From Eledone cirrhosa (taxonomy: Eukaryota): 64,000 bases of DNA. Location: positions 10,912,001 through 10,976,000 of the forward strand of contig OZ024744.1 in the NCBI GenBank assembly GCA_964016885.1, read 5' to 3'. A model generated the notes under the pieces. It had not been told where the DNA came from and did not search any database. It was given only the letters and a program-made list of their open reading frames with translations. Below, piece after piece: positions 52,401 to 64,000 of the stretch (position 1 is its first letter; each line of letters opens with the position of its first letter). Position numbers and translations under genes: made by a program.

Positions 52401-55400
52401 TGTACTCCAATATGTTGTATTGTTTTCTCCAATATGTCATGTTATACTCCAATATGGTGTGTTCGTGTACGCCAATATGTTGTGTTATTGTACTCCAATA
52501 TGTTGCGTTGTTGTACTCCAATATGTTGTGTTGTTATACTCCAATATGTCGTGTGGCTGTACTCCAATATGTCATGTTGTTGTACTCCAATATGTCTTGT
52601 TATAGTCCAATATGTCGTGTTGTTGTACTCCAATATATCATGTAGTTGTACTCCAATATTTCGTGTTGTTGTACCCCAATATGTAGTGTTGTTTATACTC
52701 CAATATGTTTTGCTGTTGTACTCCAATATGTTGTGTTGCTGTACTCCTATATGTTGTGTTGTTATTCTCCAATATGTTGTGCTGTTGTACTCCAATGTGT
52801 TGTGTTGTTATACTCCAATATGTTCTGTTGTTGTACTCCAATATGTTGTGTTGTTGTACTCCAATATGTTGTGTTGTTGTACTCCAATGTGCTGTGTTGT
52901 TGTACTCCAATATGTTGTGTTGTTGTACTCCAATATGTTGTGTTGTTATACTCCAATATGTTGTGTTGTTATACTCCAATATTTCGTGTGGTTGTACTCC
53001 AATATGTCATGGTGTTGTACTTCAATATGTCGTGTTGTTGTACTCCAATATGTTGTCTTGCTGTACTCCAATCTGTTGTGTTGCTGTACTCCAATGTGTT
53101 GTGTTGTTGTACTCCAATATGTTGTGCCGTTGTACTCCAATATGTCATGTTATACTCCAATATGTTGTGTTCGTGTACTCCAATATGTTGTGTTATTGTA
53201 CTCCAATATGTTGCGTTGTTGTACTCCAATATGTTGTGTTGTTATACTCCAATATGTTGTGGTGTTGTACTCCAATATGTCATGTTGTTGTACTCCAGTA
53301 TATCTTGTTATACTCCAATATGTCGTGTTGCTGTACTCCAATATGTCATGCTGTTGTACTCCAATATTTCGTGTCGTTGTACTCCAATATGTCGTGCTTT
53401 TGTACTCCAATATGTTTTGCTGTTGTACTCCACTGTGTTGTGTTGTTGAACTCCAATATGTTGTGTTGTTGTTCTCCAATATTTTGTGCTGTTGTACTCC
53501 AATGTGTTGTGTTGTTATACTCCAATATGTTGTGTTGTGATACTCCAATGTGTTGTGCTGTTGTAATACAATATGTTATGTTGTACTCCAATATGTTGTG
53601 TTGTTATACTCCAATATGTAGTGTTGTTATACTCCAATATGTTGCGTTGTTGTACCCCAATATGTCGTGTTGATTATACTACAATTTTTGTTGCTGTTGT
53701 ACTCCAATATGTTGTGTTGTTGTACTCTAATATGTTGTGTTGTTATTCTCCAATATGTTGTGCTGTTGTACTCCAATGTGTTATGTTGTTATACTCCAAT
53801 ATGTTGTGCTGTGATACTCCAATATGTTGTGTTGTTGTACTCCAATCTGTTGTGTTGTTATACTCCAATATATTGTGTTGTTATACTCCAATATGTTGCG
53901 TTGTTTTACTCCAATATGTTGTGTTGTTGTACTCCAATATGTTGTGTTGTAGTACTCCAATATGTTGTGTTGTTGTAATCCAATATCTTGTGTTGTTATA
54001 CTCCAATATGTTGTGTTGTTGTACTCCAATATGTTGTGTTGTTATACTCCAATATGTTGTGTTATGATACTCCAATATGTTGTGCTGTTGTACTCCAATA
54101 TTTTGTGTTGTCGTACTCCAATATGTGATGTTGTACTCCAATATGTCCTGTTGTTATACTCCAATATGTTGTGTTGTTATACTCCAATATGTCATGGTGT
54201 TGTACTTCAATATGTCGTGTTGTTGTACTCCAATATGTTGTGTTGTTGTACTCCAATACGCGATGTTGTTGTACTCCAATATGTTGTGTTGTTTTACTCC
54301 AATATCTTGTGTTGTTATACTCCAATATGTTGTGTTGTTATACTCCAATATGTTGTGTTTTTGTACTCCAACATGTTGTGCTGTTGTACTCCAATATGAT
54401 GTGTTGTTGTACTCCAATATGATGTGCTGTTGTACTCCAATGTGTTGTGTTGTTGTACTCCAATATGTTGTGCCGTTGTACTCCAATTTTTTTTGTTTTT
54501 GTACTCCAATATGTTGTGTTTTTATACTCCAATATGTTGTGTTGGTGTACTCCAATATGGTGTGCTGTTGTACTCCAAATCTCGTGTTGTTATACTCCAA
54601 TGTGTTGTGTTGTTATACTCCAATATGGTGTGTTGTTGTACTCCAATATGTTGTATTGTTTTTCTCCAATATGTCATGTTATACTCCAATATGTTGTGTT
54701 CGTGTACTCCAATATGTTGTGTTATTGTACTCCAATATGTTGCGTTCTTGTACTCCAATATGTTGTGTTGTTATACTCCAATATGTTGTGTTGTTGTACT
54801 CCAATATGTTGTTTTGTTGTACTCCAATATGTCATGTTGTTGTACTCCAGTATGTCTTGTTATACTCCAATATGTCGTGTTGCTGTATTCCAATATGTTG
54901 TGTTGTTATTCTCCAATATGTTGTGCTGTTGTACTCCAATGTGTTATGTTGTTATACTCCAATATGTTGTGCTGTGCTACTTCAATATATTGTGTTGTTG
55001 TACTCCAATGTGTTGTGTTGTTATACTCCAATATGTTGTGTTGTTATACTCCAATATGTTGTGTTGTTATACTCCAATATGTTGTGTTGTTGTACTCCAA
55101 TATGTTGTGTTGTGATACTCCAATATGTTGTGCTTTTGTACTCCAATATGTTGAGTTGTTATACTCCAATATGTAGTGTTGTTATACTTCAATATGTTGT
55201 GTTGTTGTACTCCAATATGTTGTGTTGTTGTACTCCAATATGTTGTGTTGTTGTACTCCAACATGTTGTGTTGTTGTACTCCAATATGTGATATTGTTGT
55301 ACTCCAATATGTCGCGTTGTTGTACTCCAATATGTTGTGTTGTTATACTCCAATATTTCGTGTTGTTTTACTACAATATGTCATGTTGTTGTACTCCAGT

Positions 55401-58400
55401 ATGTCTTGTTATACTCCAATATGTCGTGTTGCTGTACTCCAATATGTCATGCTGTTGTACTCCAATATGTTTTGCTGTTGTACTCCACTGTGTTGTGTTG
55501 TTGAACTCCAATATGTTGTGTTGTTGTTCTCCAATATTTTGTGCTGTTGTACTCCAATTTGTGTTGTTGTACTCCAATATGTTGTGTTGTTGTACTCCAA
55601 TATGTTGTGTTGTTGTACTCCAATATGTTGTGTTGTTTTACTCCAATATGTTGTGCTGTTGTACTCCAATATTTCGTGTTGTTGTACTCCAATATGTTTT
55701 GATGTTGTACTCAAATATGTTGTGCTGTTGTACTCCAATATGTTTTGATGTTGTACTCCAATATGTTGTGTTGTTGTACTCCAATATGTTGTGTAGTCGT
55801 ACTCCAATATGTTGTGTTGTTGTACTCCAATATGCTGTGATGTTGTACTCCAATATGATGTGATGTTGTACTACAATGCGTTGTGTTGTTGTACTCCAAT
55901 GTGATGTGTTGTTGTACTCCAATATGTTGTGCCGTTGTACTCCAATATTTTTTATTTTTGTACTCCAATATGTTGTGTTGTTATACTCCAATATGTTGTG
56001 TTGTTATACTCCAATATGTTGTGCTGTTGTACTCCAAATCTCGTGTTGTTATACTCCAATGTGTTGTGTTGTTATACTCCAATATGGTGTGTTGTTGTAG
56101 TCCAATATGTTGTATTGTTTTTCTTCCAATATGTCATGTTATACTCCAATATGTTGTGTTCGTGTACTCCAATATGTTGTGTTATTGTACTCCAATATGT
56201 TGCGTTGTTGTACTCCAATATGTTGTGTTGTTATACTCCAATATGTTGTGTTGTTGTACTCCAATATGTTGTGTTGTTATACTCCAATATGTTGTGCTGT
56301 TGTACTCCAATATGTTGTGTTGTTATACTCCAATATGTAGTGTTGTTATACTCCAATATGTTGTGTTGTTGTACTCCAATCTGTTGTGTTGTTATACTCC
56401 AATATATTGTGTTGTTATACTCCAATATGTTGTGTTGTTTTACTCCAATATGTTGTGTTGTTGTACTCCAATATGTTGTATTGTTGTTCTCCAATATGTC
56501 ATGTTATACTCCAATAAGTTGTGTTCTTGTACACCAATATGTTGTGTTGTTGTACTCCAATATGTTGTTTTGTTGTACTCCAATATATCATGTTGTCGTA
56601 CTCCAATATGTCACGTTATACTCCAATATGTCGTTGTTATACTCCAATATGTCATGATATTGTACTCCAATATGTCGTGTTCTTGTACTCCAATATGTCG
56701 TGTTGTCATACTCCAATATGTTGTGTTGTTGTACTCCAATATGTTGTGTTGTTGTACTCCAATATGTTGTGTTGTTGTACTCCAATATGTTGTGTTGTTA
56801 TACTCCAATATGTTGTGCTGTTGTACTCCAATATTTCGTGTTGTTGTACTCCAATACATCGTGTTGTACTCCAATATGTTGTGTTGTTATACTCCAATAT
56901 GTTATGTTGTTGTACTCCAATATGTCTTGTTGTTGTACTCCAATATGTTTTGATGTTGTACTCCAATATGTTGTGTTGTTGCACTCCAATATGTTTTGAT
57001 GTTGTACTCCAATATGTTGTGTTGTTGTACTCCAATATGTTGTGTAGTCGTACTCCAATATGTTGTATTGTTGTACTCTAATATGTTTTGTTGTTATTCT
57101 CCAATATGTTGTGATGTTGTACTCCAATGTGTTGTGTTGTTGTACTCCAATGTGATGTGTTGTTGTACTCCAAAATGTTGTGATGTTGTACTCCAATATT
57201 TTTTGTTTTTTGTACTCCAATATGTTGTGTTGTTATACTCCAATATGCTGTGTTGTTATACTCCAATATGTTGTGCTGTTGTACTCCAAATCTCGTGTTG
57301 TTATACTCCAATGTGTTGTGTTGTTATACTCCAATATGGTGTGTTGTTGTACTCCAATATGTTGTATTGTTTTCTCCAATATGTCATGTTATACTCCAAT
57401 ATGGTGTGTTCGTGTACGCCAATATGTTGTGTTATTGTACTCCAATATGTTGCGTTGTTGTACTCCAATATGTTGTGTTGTTATACTCCAATATGTCGTG
57501 TGGCTGTACTCCAATATGTCATGTTGTTGTACTCCAATATGTCTTGTTATAGTCCAATATGTCGTGTTGTTGTACTCCAATATATCATGTAGTTGTACTC
57601 CAATATTTCGTGTTGTTGTACCCCAATATGTAGTGTTGTTTATACTCCAATATGTTTTGCTGTTGTACTCCAATATGTTGTGTTGCTGTACTCCTATATG
57701 TTGTGTTGTTATTCTCCAATATGTTGTGCTGTTGTACTCCAATGTGTTGTGTTTTTATACTCCAATATGTTCTGTTGTTGTACTCCAATATGTTGTGTTG
57801 TTGTACTCCAATATGTTGTGTTGTTGTACTCCAATGTGCTGTGTTGTTGTACTCCAATATGTTGTGTTGTTGTACTCCAATATGTTGTGTTGTTGTACTC
57901 CAATATGTTGTGTTGTTATACTCCAATATTTCGTGTGGTTGTACTCCAATATGTCATGGTGTTGTACTTCAATATGTCGTGTTGTTGTACTCCAATATGT
58001 TGTCTTGCTGTACTCCAATCTGTTGTGTTGTTGTACTCCAATGTGTTGTGTTGTTGTACTCCAATATGTTGTGCCGTTGTACTCCAATATGTCATGTTAT
58101 ACTCCAATATGTTGTGTTCGTGTACTCCAATATGTTGTGTTATTGTACTCCAATATGTTGCGTTGTTGTACTCCAATATGTTGTGTTGTTATACTCCAAT
58201 ATGTTGTGTTGTTGTACTCCAATATGTCATGTTGTTGTACTCCAGTATGTCTTGTTATACTCCAATATGTCGTGTTGCTGTACTCCAATATGTCATGCTG
58301 TTGTACTCCAATATTTCGTGTCGTTGTACTCCAATATGTCGTGCTTTTGTACTCCAATATGTTTTGCTGTTGTACTCCACTGTGTTGTGTTGTTGAACTC

Positions 58401-61400
58401 CAATATGTTGTGTTGTTGTTCTCCAATATTTTGTGCTGTTGTACTCCAATTTGTGTTGTTGTACTCCAATATGTTGTGTTGTTGTACTCCAATATGTTGT
58501 GTTGTTGTACTCCAATATGTTGTGTTGTTATACTCCAATATGTTGTGCTGTTGTACTCCAATATTTCGTGTTGTTGTACTCCAATACGTCGTGTTGTTGT
58601 ACTCCAATATGTTTTGATGTTGTACTCAAATATGTTGTGTTGTTGTACTCCAATATGTTTTGATGTTGTACTCCAATATGTTGTGTTGTTGTACTCCAAT
58701 ATGTTGTGTAGTCGTACTCCAATATGTTGTGTTGTTGTACTCCAATATGCTGTGATGTTGTACTCCAATATGATGTGATGTTGTACTACAATGCGTTGTG
58801 TTGTTGTACTCCAATGTGATGTGTTGTTGTACTCCAATATGTTGTGCCGTTGTACTCCAATATTTTTTATTTTTGTACTCCAATATGTTGTGTTGTTATA
58901 CTCCAATATGTTGTGTTGTTATACTCCAATATGTTGTGCTGTTGTACTCCAAATCTCGTGTTGTTATACTCCAATGTGTTGTGTTGTTATACTCCAATAT
59001 GGTGTGTTGTTGTAGTCCAATATGTTGTATTGTTTTTCTTCCAATATGTCATGTTATACTCCAATATGTTGTGTTCGTGTACTCCAATATGTTGTGTTAT
59101 TGTACTCCAATATGTTGCGTTGTTGTACTCCAATATGTTGTGTTGTTATACTCCAATATGTTGTGTTGTTGTACTCCAATATGTTGTGTTGTTATACTCC
59201 AATATGTTGTGCTGTTGTACTCCAATATGTTGTGTTGTTATACTCCAATATGTAGTGTTGTTATACTCCAATATGTTGTGTTGTTGTACTCCAATCTGTT
59301 GTGTTGTTATACTCCAATATATTGTGTTGTTATACTCCAATATGTTGTGTTGTTTTACTCCAATATGTTGTGTTGTTGTACTCCAATATGTTGTATTGTT
59401 GTTCTCCAATATGTCATGTTATACTCCAATAAGTTGTGTTCTTGTACACCAATATGTTGTGTTGTTGTACTCCAATATGTTGTTTTGTTGTACTCCAATA
59501 TATCATGTTGTCGTACTCCAATATGTCACGTTATACTCCAATATGTCGTTGTTATACTCCAATATGTCATGATGTTGTACTCCAATATGTCGTGTTCTTG
59601 TACTCCAATATGTCGTGTTGTCATACTCCAATATGTTGTGTTGTTGTACTCCAATATGTTGTGTTGTTGTACTCCAATATGTTGTGTTGTTGTACTCCAA
59701 TATGTTGTGTTGTTATACTCCAATATGTTGTGCTGTTGTACTCCAATATTTCGTGTTGTTGTACTCCAATACATCGTGTTGTACTCCAATATGTTGTGTT
59801 GTTATACTCCAATATGTTATGTTGTTGTACTCCAATATGTCTTGTTGTTGTACTCCAATATGTTTTGATGTTGTACTCCAATATGTTGTGTTGTTGCACT
59901 CCAATATGTTTTGATGTTGTACTCCAATATGTTGTGTTGTTGTACTCCAATATGTTGTGTAGTCGTACTCCAATATGTTGTATTGTTGTACTCTAATATG
60001 TTTTGTTGTTATTCTCCAATATGTTGTGATGTTGTACTCCAATGTGTTGTGTTGTTGTACTCCAATGTGATGTGTTGTTGTACTCCAAAATGTTGTGATG
60101 TTGTACTCCAATATTTTTTGTTTTTTGTACTCCAATATGTTGTGTTGTTATACTCCAATATGCTGTGTTGTTATACTCCAATATGTTGTGCTGTTGTACT
60201 CCAAATCTCGTGTTGTTATACTCCAATGTGTTGTGTTGTTATACTCCAATATGGTGTGTTGTTGTACTCCAATATGTTGTATTGTTTTCTCCAATATGTC
60301 ATGTTATACTCCAATATGGTGTGTTCGTGTACGCCAATATGTTGTGTTATTGTACTCCAATATGTTGCGTTGTTGTACTCCAATATGTTGTGTTGTTATA
60401 CTCCAATATGTCGTGTGGCTGTACTCCAATATGTCATGTTGTTGTACTCCAATATGTCTTGTTATAGTCCAATATGTCGTGTTGTTGTACTCCAATATAT
60501 CATGTAGTTGTACTCCAATATTTCGTGTTGTTGTACCCCAATATGTAGTGTTGTTTATACTCCAATATGTTTTGCTGTTGTACTCCAATATGTTGTGTTG
60601 CTGTACTCCTATATGTTGTGTTGTTATTCTCCAATATGTTGTGCTGTTGTACTCCAATGTGTTGTGTTGTTATACTCCAATATGTTCTGTTGTTGTACTC
60701 CAATATGTTGTGTTGTTGTACTCCAATATGTTGTGTTGTTGTACTCCAATGTGCTGTGTTGTTGTACTCCAATATGTTGTGTTGTTGTACTCCAATATGT
60801 TGTGTTGTTATACTCCAATATGTTGTGTTGTTATACTCCAATATTTCGTGTGGTTGTACTCCAATATGTCATGGTGTTGTACTTCAATATGTCGTGTTGT
60901 TGTACTCCAATATGTTGTCTTGCTGTACTCCAATCTGTTGTGTTGCTGTACTCCAATGTGTTGTGTTGTTGTACTCCAATATGTTGTGCCGTTGTACTCC
61001 AATATGTCATGTTATACTCCAATATGTTGTGTTCGTGTACTCCAATATGTTGTGTTATTGTACTCCAATATGTTGCGTTGTTGTACTCCAATATGTTGTG
61101 TTGTTATACTCCAATATGTTGTGGTGTTGTACTCCAATATGTCATGTTGTTGTACTCCAGTATATCTTGTTATACTCCAATATGTCGTGTTGCTGTACTC
61201 CAATATGTCATGATGTTGTACTCCAATATTTCGTGTCGTTGTACTCCAATATGTCGTGCTTTTGTACTCCAATATGTTTTGCTGTTGTACTCCACTGTGT
61301 TGTGTTGTTGAACTCCAATATGTTGTGTTGTTGTTCTCCAATATTTTGTGCTGTTGTACTCCAATGTGTTGTGTTGTTATACTCCAATATGTTGTGTTGT

Positions 61401-63943
61401 GATACTCCAATGTGTTGTGCTGTTGTAATACAATATGTTATGTTGTACTCCAATATGTTGTGTTGTTATACTCCAATATGTAGTGTTGTTATACTCCAAT
61501 ATGTTGCGTTGTTGTACCCCAATATGTCGTGTTGATTATACTACAATTTTTGTTGCTGTTGTACTCCAATATGTTGTGTTGTTGTACTCTAATATGTTGT
61601 GTTGTTATTCTCCAATATGTTGTGCTGTTGTACTCCAATGTGTTATGTTGTTATACTCCAATATGTTGTGCTGTGATACTCCAATATGTTGTGTTGTTGT
61701 ACTCCAATCTGTTGTGTTGTTATACTCCAATATATTGTGTTGTTATACTCCAATATGTTGCGTTGTTTTACTCCAATATGTTGTGTTGTTGTACTCCAAT
61801 ATGTTGTGTTGTAGTACTCCAATATGTTGTGTTGTTGTAATCCAATATCTTGTGTTGTTATACTCCAATATGTTGTGTTGTTGTACTCCAATATGTTGTG
61901 TTGTTATACTCCAATATGTTGTGTTATGATACTCCAATATGTTGTGCTGTTGTACTCCAAATCTCGTGTTGTTATACTCCAATGTGTTGTGTTGTTATAC
62001 TCCAATATGGTGTGTTGTTGTACTCCAATATTTTGTGTTGTCGTACTCCAATATGTGATGTTGTACTCCAATATGTCCTGTTGTTATACTCCAATATGTT
62101 GTGTTGTTATACTCCAATATGTCATGGTGTTGTACTTCAATATGTCGTGTTGTTGTACTCCAATATGTTGTGTTGTTGTACTCCAATACGCGATGTTGTT
62201 GTACTCCAATATGTTGTGTTGTTTTACTCCAATATCTTGTGTTGTTATACTCCAATATGTTGTGTTGTTATACTCCAATATGTTGTGTTTTTGTACTCCA
62301 ACATGTTGTGCTGTTGTACTCCAATATGATGTGTTGTTGTACTCCAATATGATGTGCTGTTGTACTCCAATGTGTTGTGTTGTTGTACTCCAATATGTTG
62401 TGCCGTTGTACTCCAATATTTTTTTGTTTTTGTACTCCAATATGTTGTGTTTTTATACTCCAATATGTTGTGTTGGTGTACTCCAATATGGTGTGCTGTT
62501 GTACTCCAAATCTCGTGTTGTTATACTCCAATGTGTTGTGTTGTTATACTCCAATATGGTGTGTTGTTGTACTCCAATATGTTGTATTGTTTTTCTCCAA
62601 TATGTCATGTTATACTCCAATATGTTGTGTTCGTGTACTCCAATATGTTGTGTTATTGTACTCCAATATGTTGCGTTCTTGTACTCCAATATGTTGTGTT
62701 GTTATACTCCAATATGTTGTGTTGTTGTACTCCAATATGTTGTTTTGTTGTACTCCAATATGTCATGTTGTTGTACTCCAGTATGTCTTGTTATACTCCA
62801 ATATGTCGTGTTGCTGTATTCCAATATGTTGTGTTGTTATTCTCCAATATGTTGTGCTGTTGTACTCCAATGTGTTATGTTGTTATACTCCAATATGTTG
62901 TGCTGTGCTACTTCAATATATTGTGTTGTTGTACTCCAATGTGTTGTGTTGTTATACTCCAATATGTTGTGTTGTTATACTCCAATATGTTGTGTTGTTA
63001 TACTCCAATATGTTGTGTTGTTGTACTCCAATATGTTGTGTTGTGATACTCCAATATGTTGTGCTTTTGTACTCCAATATGTTGAGTTGTTATACTCCAA
63101 TATGTAGTGTTGTTATACTTCAATATGTTGTGTTGTTGTACTCCAATATGTTGTGTTGTTGTACTCCAATATGTTGTGTTGTTGTACTCCAACATGTTGT
63201 GTTGTTGTACTCCAATATGTGATATTGTTGTACTCCAATATGTCGCGTTGTTGTACTCCAATATGTTGTGTTGTTATACTCCAATATTTCGTGTTGTTTT
63301 ACTACAATATGTCATGTTTTTGTACTCCAGTATGTCTTGTTATACTCCAATATGTCGTGTTGCTGTACTCCAATATGTCATGCTGTTGTACTCCAATATG
63401 TTTTGCTGTTGTACTCCACTGTGTTGTGTTGTTGAACTCCAATATGTTGTGTTGTTGTTCTCCAATATTTTGTGCTGTTGTACTCCAATTTGTGTTGTTG
63501 TACTCCAATATGTTGTGTTGTTGTACTCCAATATGTTGTGTTGTTGTACTCCAATATGTTGTGTTGTTTTACTCCAATATGTTGTGCTGTTGTACTCCAA
63601 TATTTCGTGTTGTTGTACTCCAATATGTTTTGATGTTGTACTCAAATATGTTGTGCTGTTGTACTCCAATATGTTTTGATGTTGTACTCCAATATGTTGT
63701 GTTGTTGTACTCCAATATGTTGTGTAGTCGTACTCCAATATGTTGTGTTGTTGTACTCCAATATGCTGTGATGTTGTACTCCAATATGATGTGATGTTGT
63801 ACTCCAATGCGTTGTGTTGTTGTACTCCAATGTGATGTGTTGTTGTACTCCAATATGTTGTGCCGTTGTACTCCAATATTTTTTATATTTGTACTCCAAT
63901 ATGTTGTGTTGTTATACTCCAATATGTTGTGTTGTTATACTCC
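43421..63943. repeat. 20,523-bp higher-order repeat, copy 2
   Basis: As for copy 1. The only internal difference I found is G29670 versus A50193. Confidence 0.95.
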
Positions 63944-64000
63944 AATATGTTGTGCTGTTGTACTCCAAATCTCGTGTTGTTATACTCCAATGTGTTGTGT

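Larger units (their letters stand above)
20233..64000. repeat. Large satellite DNA array, 23-bp monomer TACTCCAATATGTTGTGTTGTTG (about 1,900 copies), continuing past the window end
   Basis: Continuous head-to-tail monomers in one orientation, with point variants (commonest TTG->TTA before TAC) and 20-, 22- and 24-bp indel variants; no interrupting element seen. Confidence 0.99.

Noticed and set aside
20233-64000. Hundreds of long ORFs (MLCCCTPICCVVVLQYVVLLYSN and MEYNNTTYWSTTTQHIGVQQHNIL repeats) resembling Cys-rich or structural proteins
   Set aside because: The 23-bp consensus has no stop codon in any frame, so all six frames stay open. 23 is not a multiple of 3, and indels and stops occur without regard to frame.
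20233-64000. CRISPR-like array (conserved core plus variable part)
   Set aside because: The variable parts are point variants of one sequence, not unique spacers; there are no cas genes and the context is eukaryotic.
20233-64000. Telomerase-made long-unit telomere like the 23-25 bp yeast repeats
   Set aside because: Variants are propagated in multi-kb higher-order blocks, which points to recombination or replication-based amplification rather than templated addition, and the context is animal. A subtelomeric location is not excluded.

Overview
Eukaryotic (animal) repeat-rich DNA with no recognisable host protein-coding gene. The repeat landscape (RTE LINEs, tRNA-derived SINEs with RTE-type tails, dense TACA/TA/GA microsatellites) suggests a mollusc, probably an octopus; this is inference only. 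Bases 1-20,232 are a patchwork of decayed transposons: two R4/Dong-like non-LTR fragments, five RTE-clade LINE pieces, tRNA-derived SINEs, a Chapaev3-type DNA transposon with both TIRs, a mariner, a DD37D (maT) element, a probable Penelope remnant with a decayed hammerhead ribozyme, and two long hairpins. Two of the RTE pieces carry a PHD finger inside the reverse transcriptase, one has an internal inversion and one has a 99-bp templated insertion. From 20,233 to the window end (about 43.8 kb, roughly 1,900 monomers) is one uninterrupted satellite of a 23-bp monomer (TACTCCAATATGTTGTGTTGTTG). Diagnostic variants show nested higher-order repeats: 23 bp, then 1.25/1.65 kb, 2.9 kb, 7.9/12.7 kb, and a nearly perfect 20,523-bp tandem unit. 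The array starts exactly at the truncation point of a SINE 3' tail. The hundreds of Cys/Val-rich ORFs in the array are artefacts of a stop-free monomer. All coordinates were read by eye; element ends may be off by a few to tens of bases.
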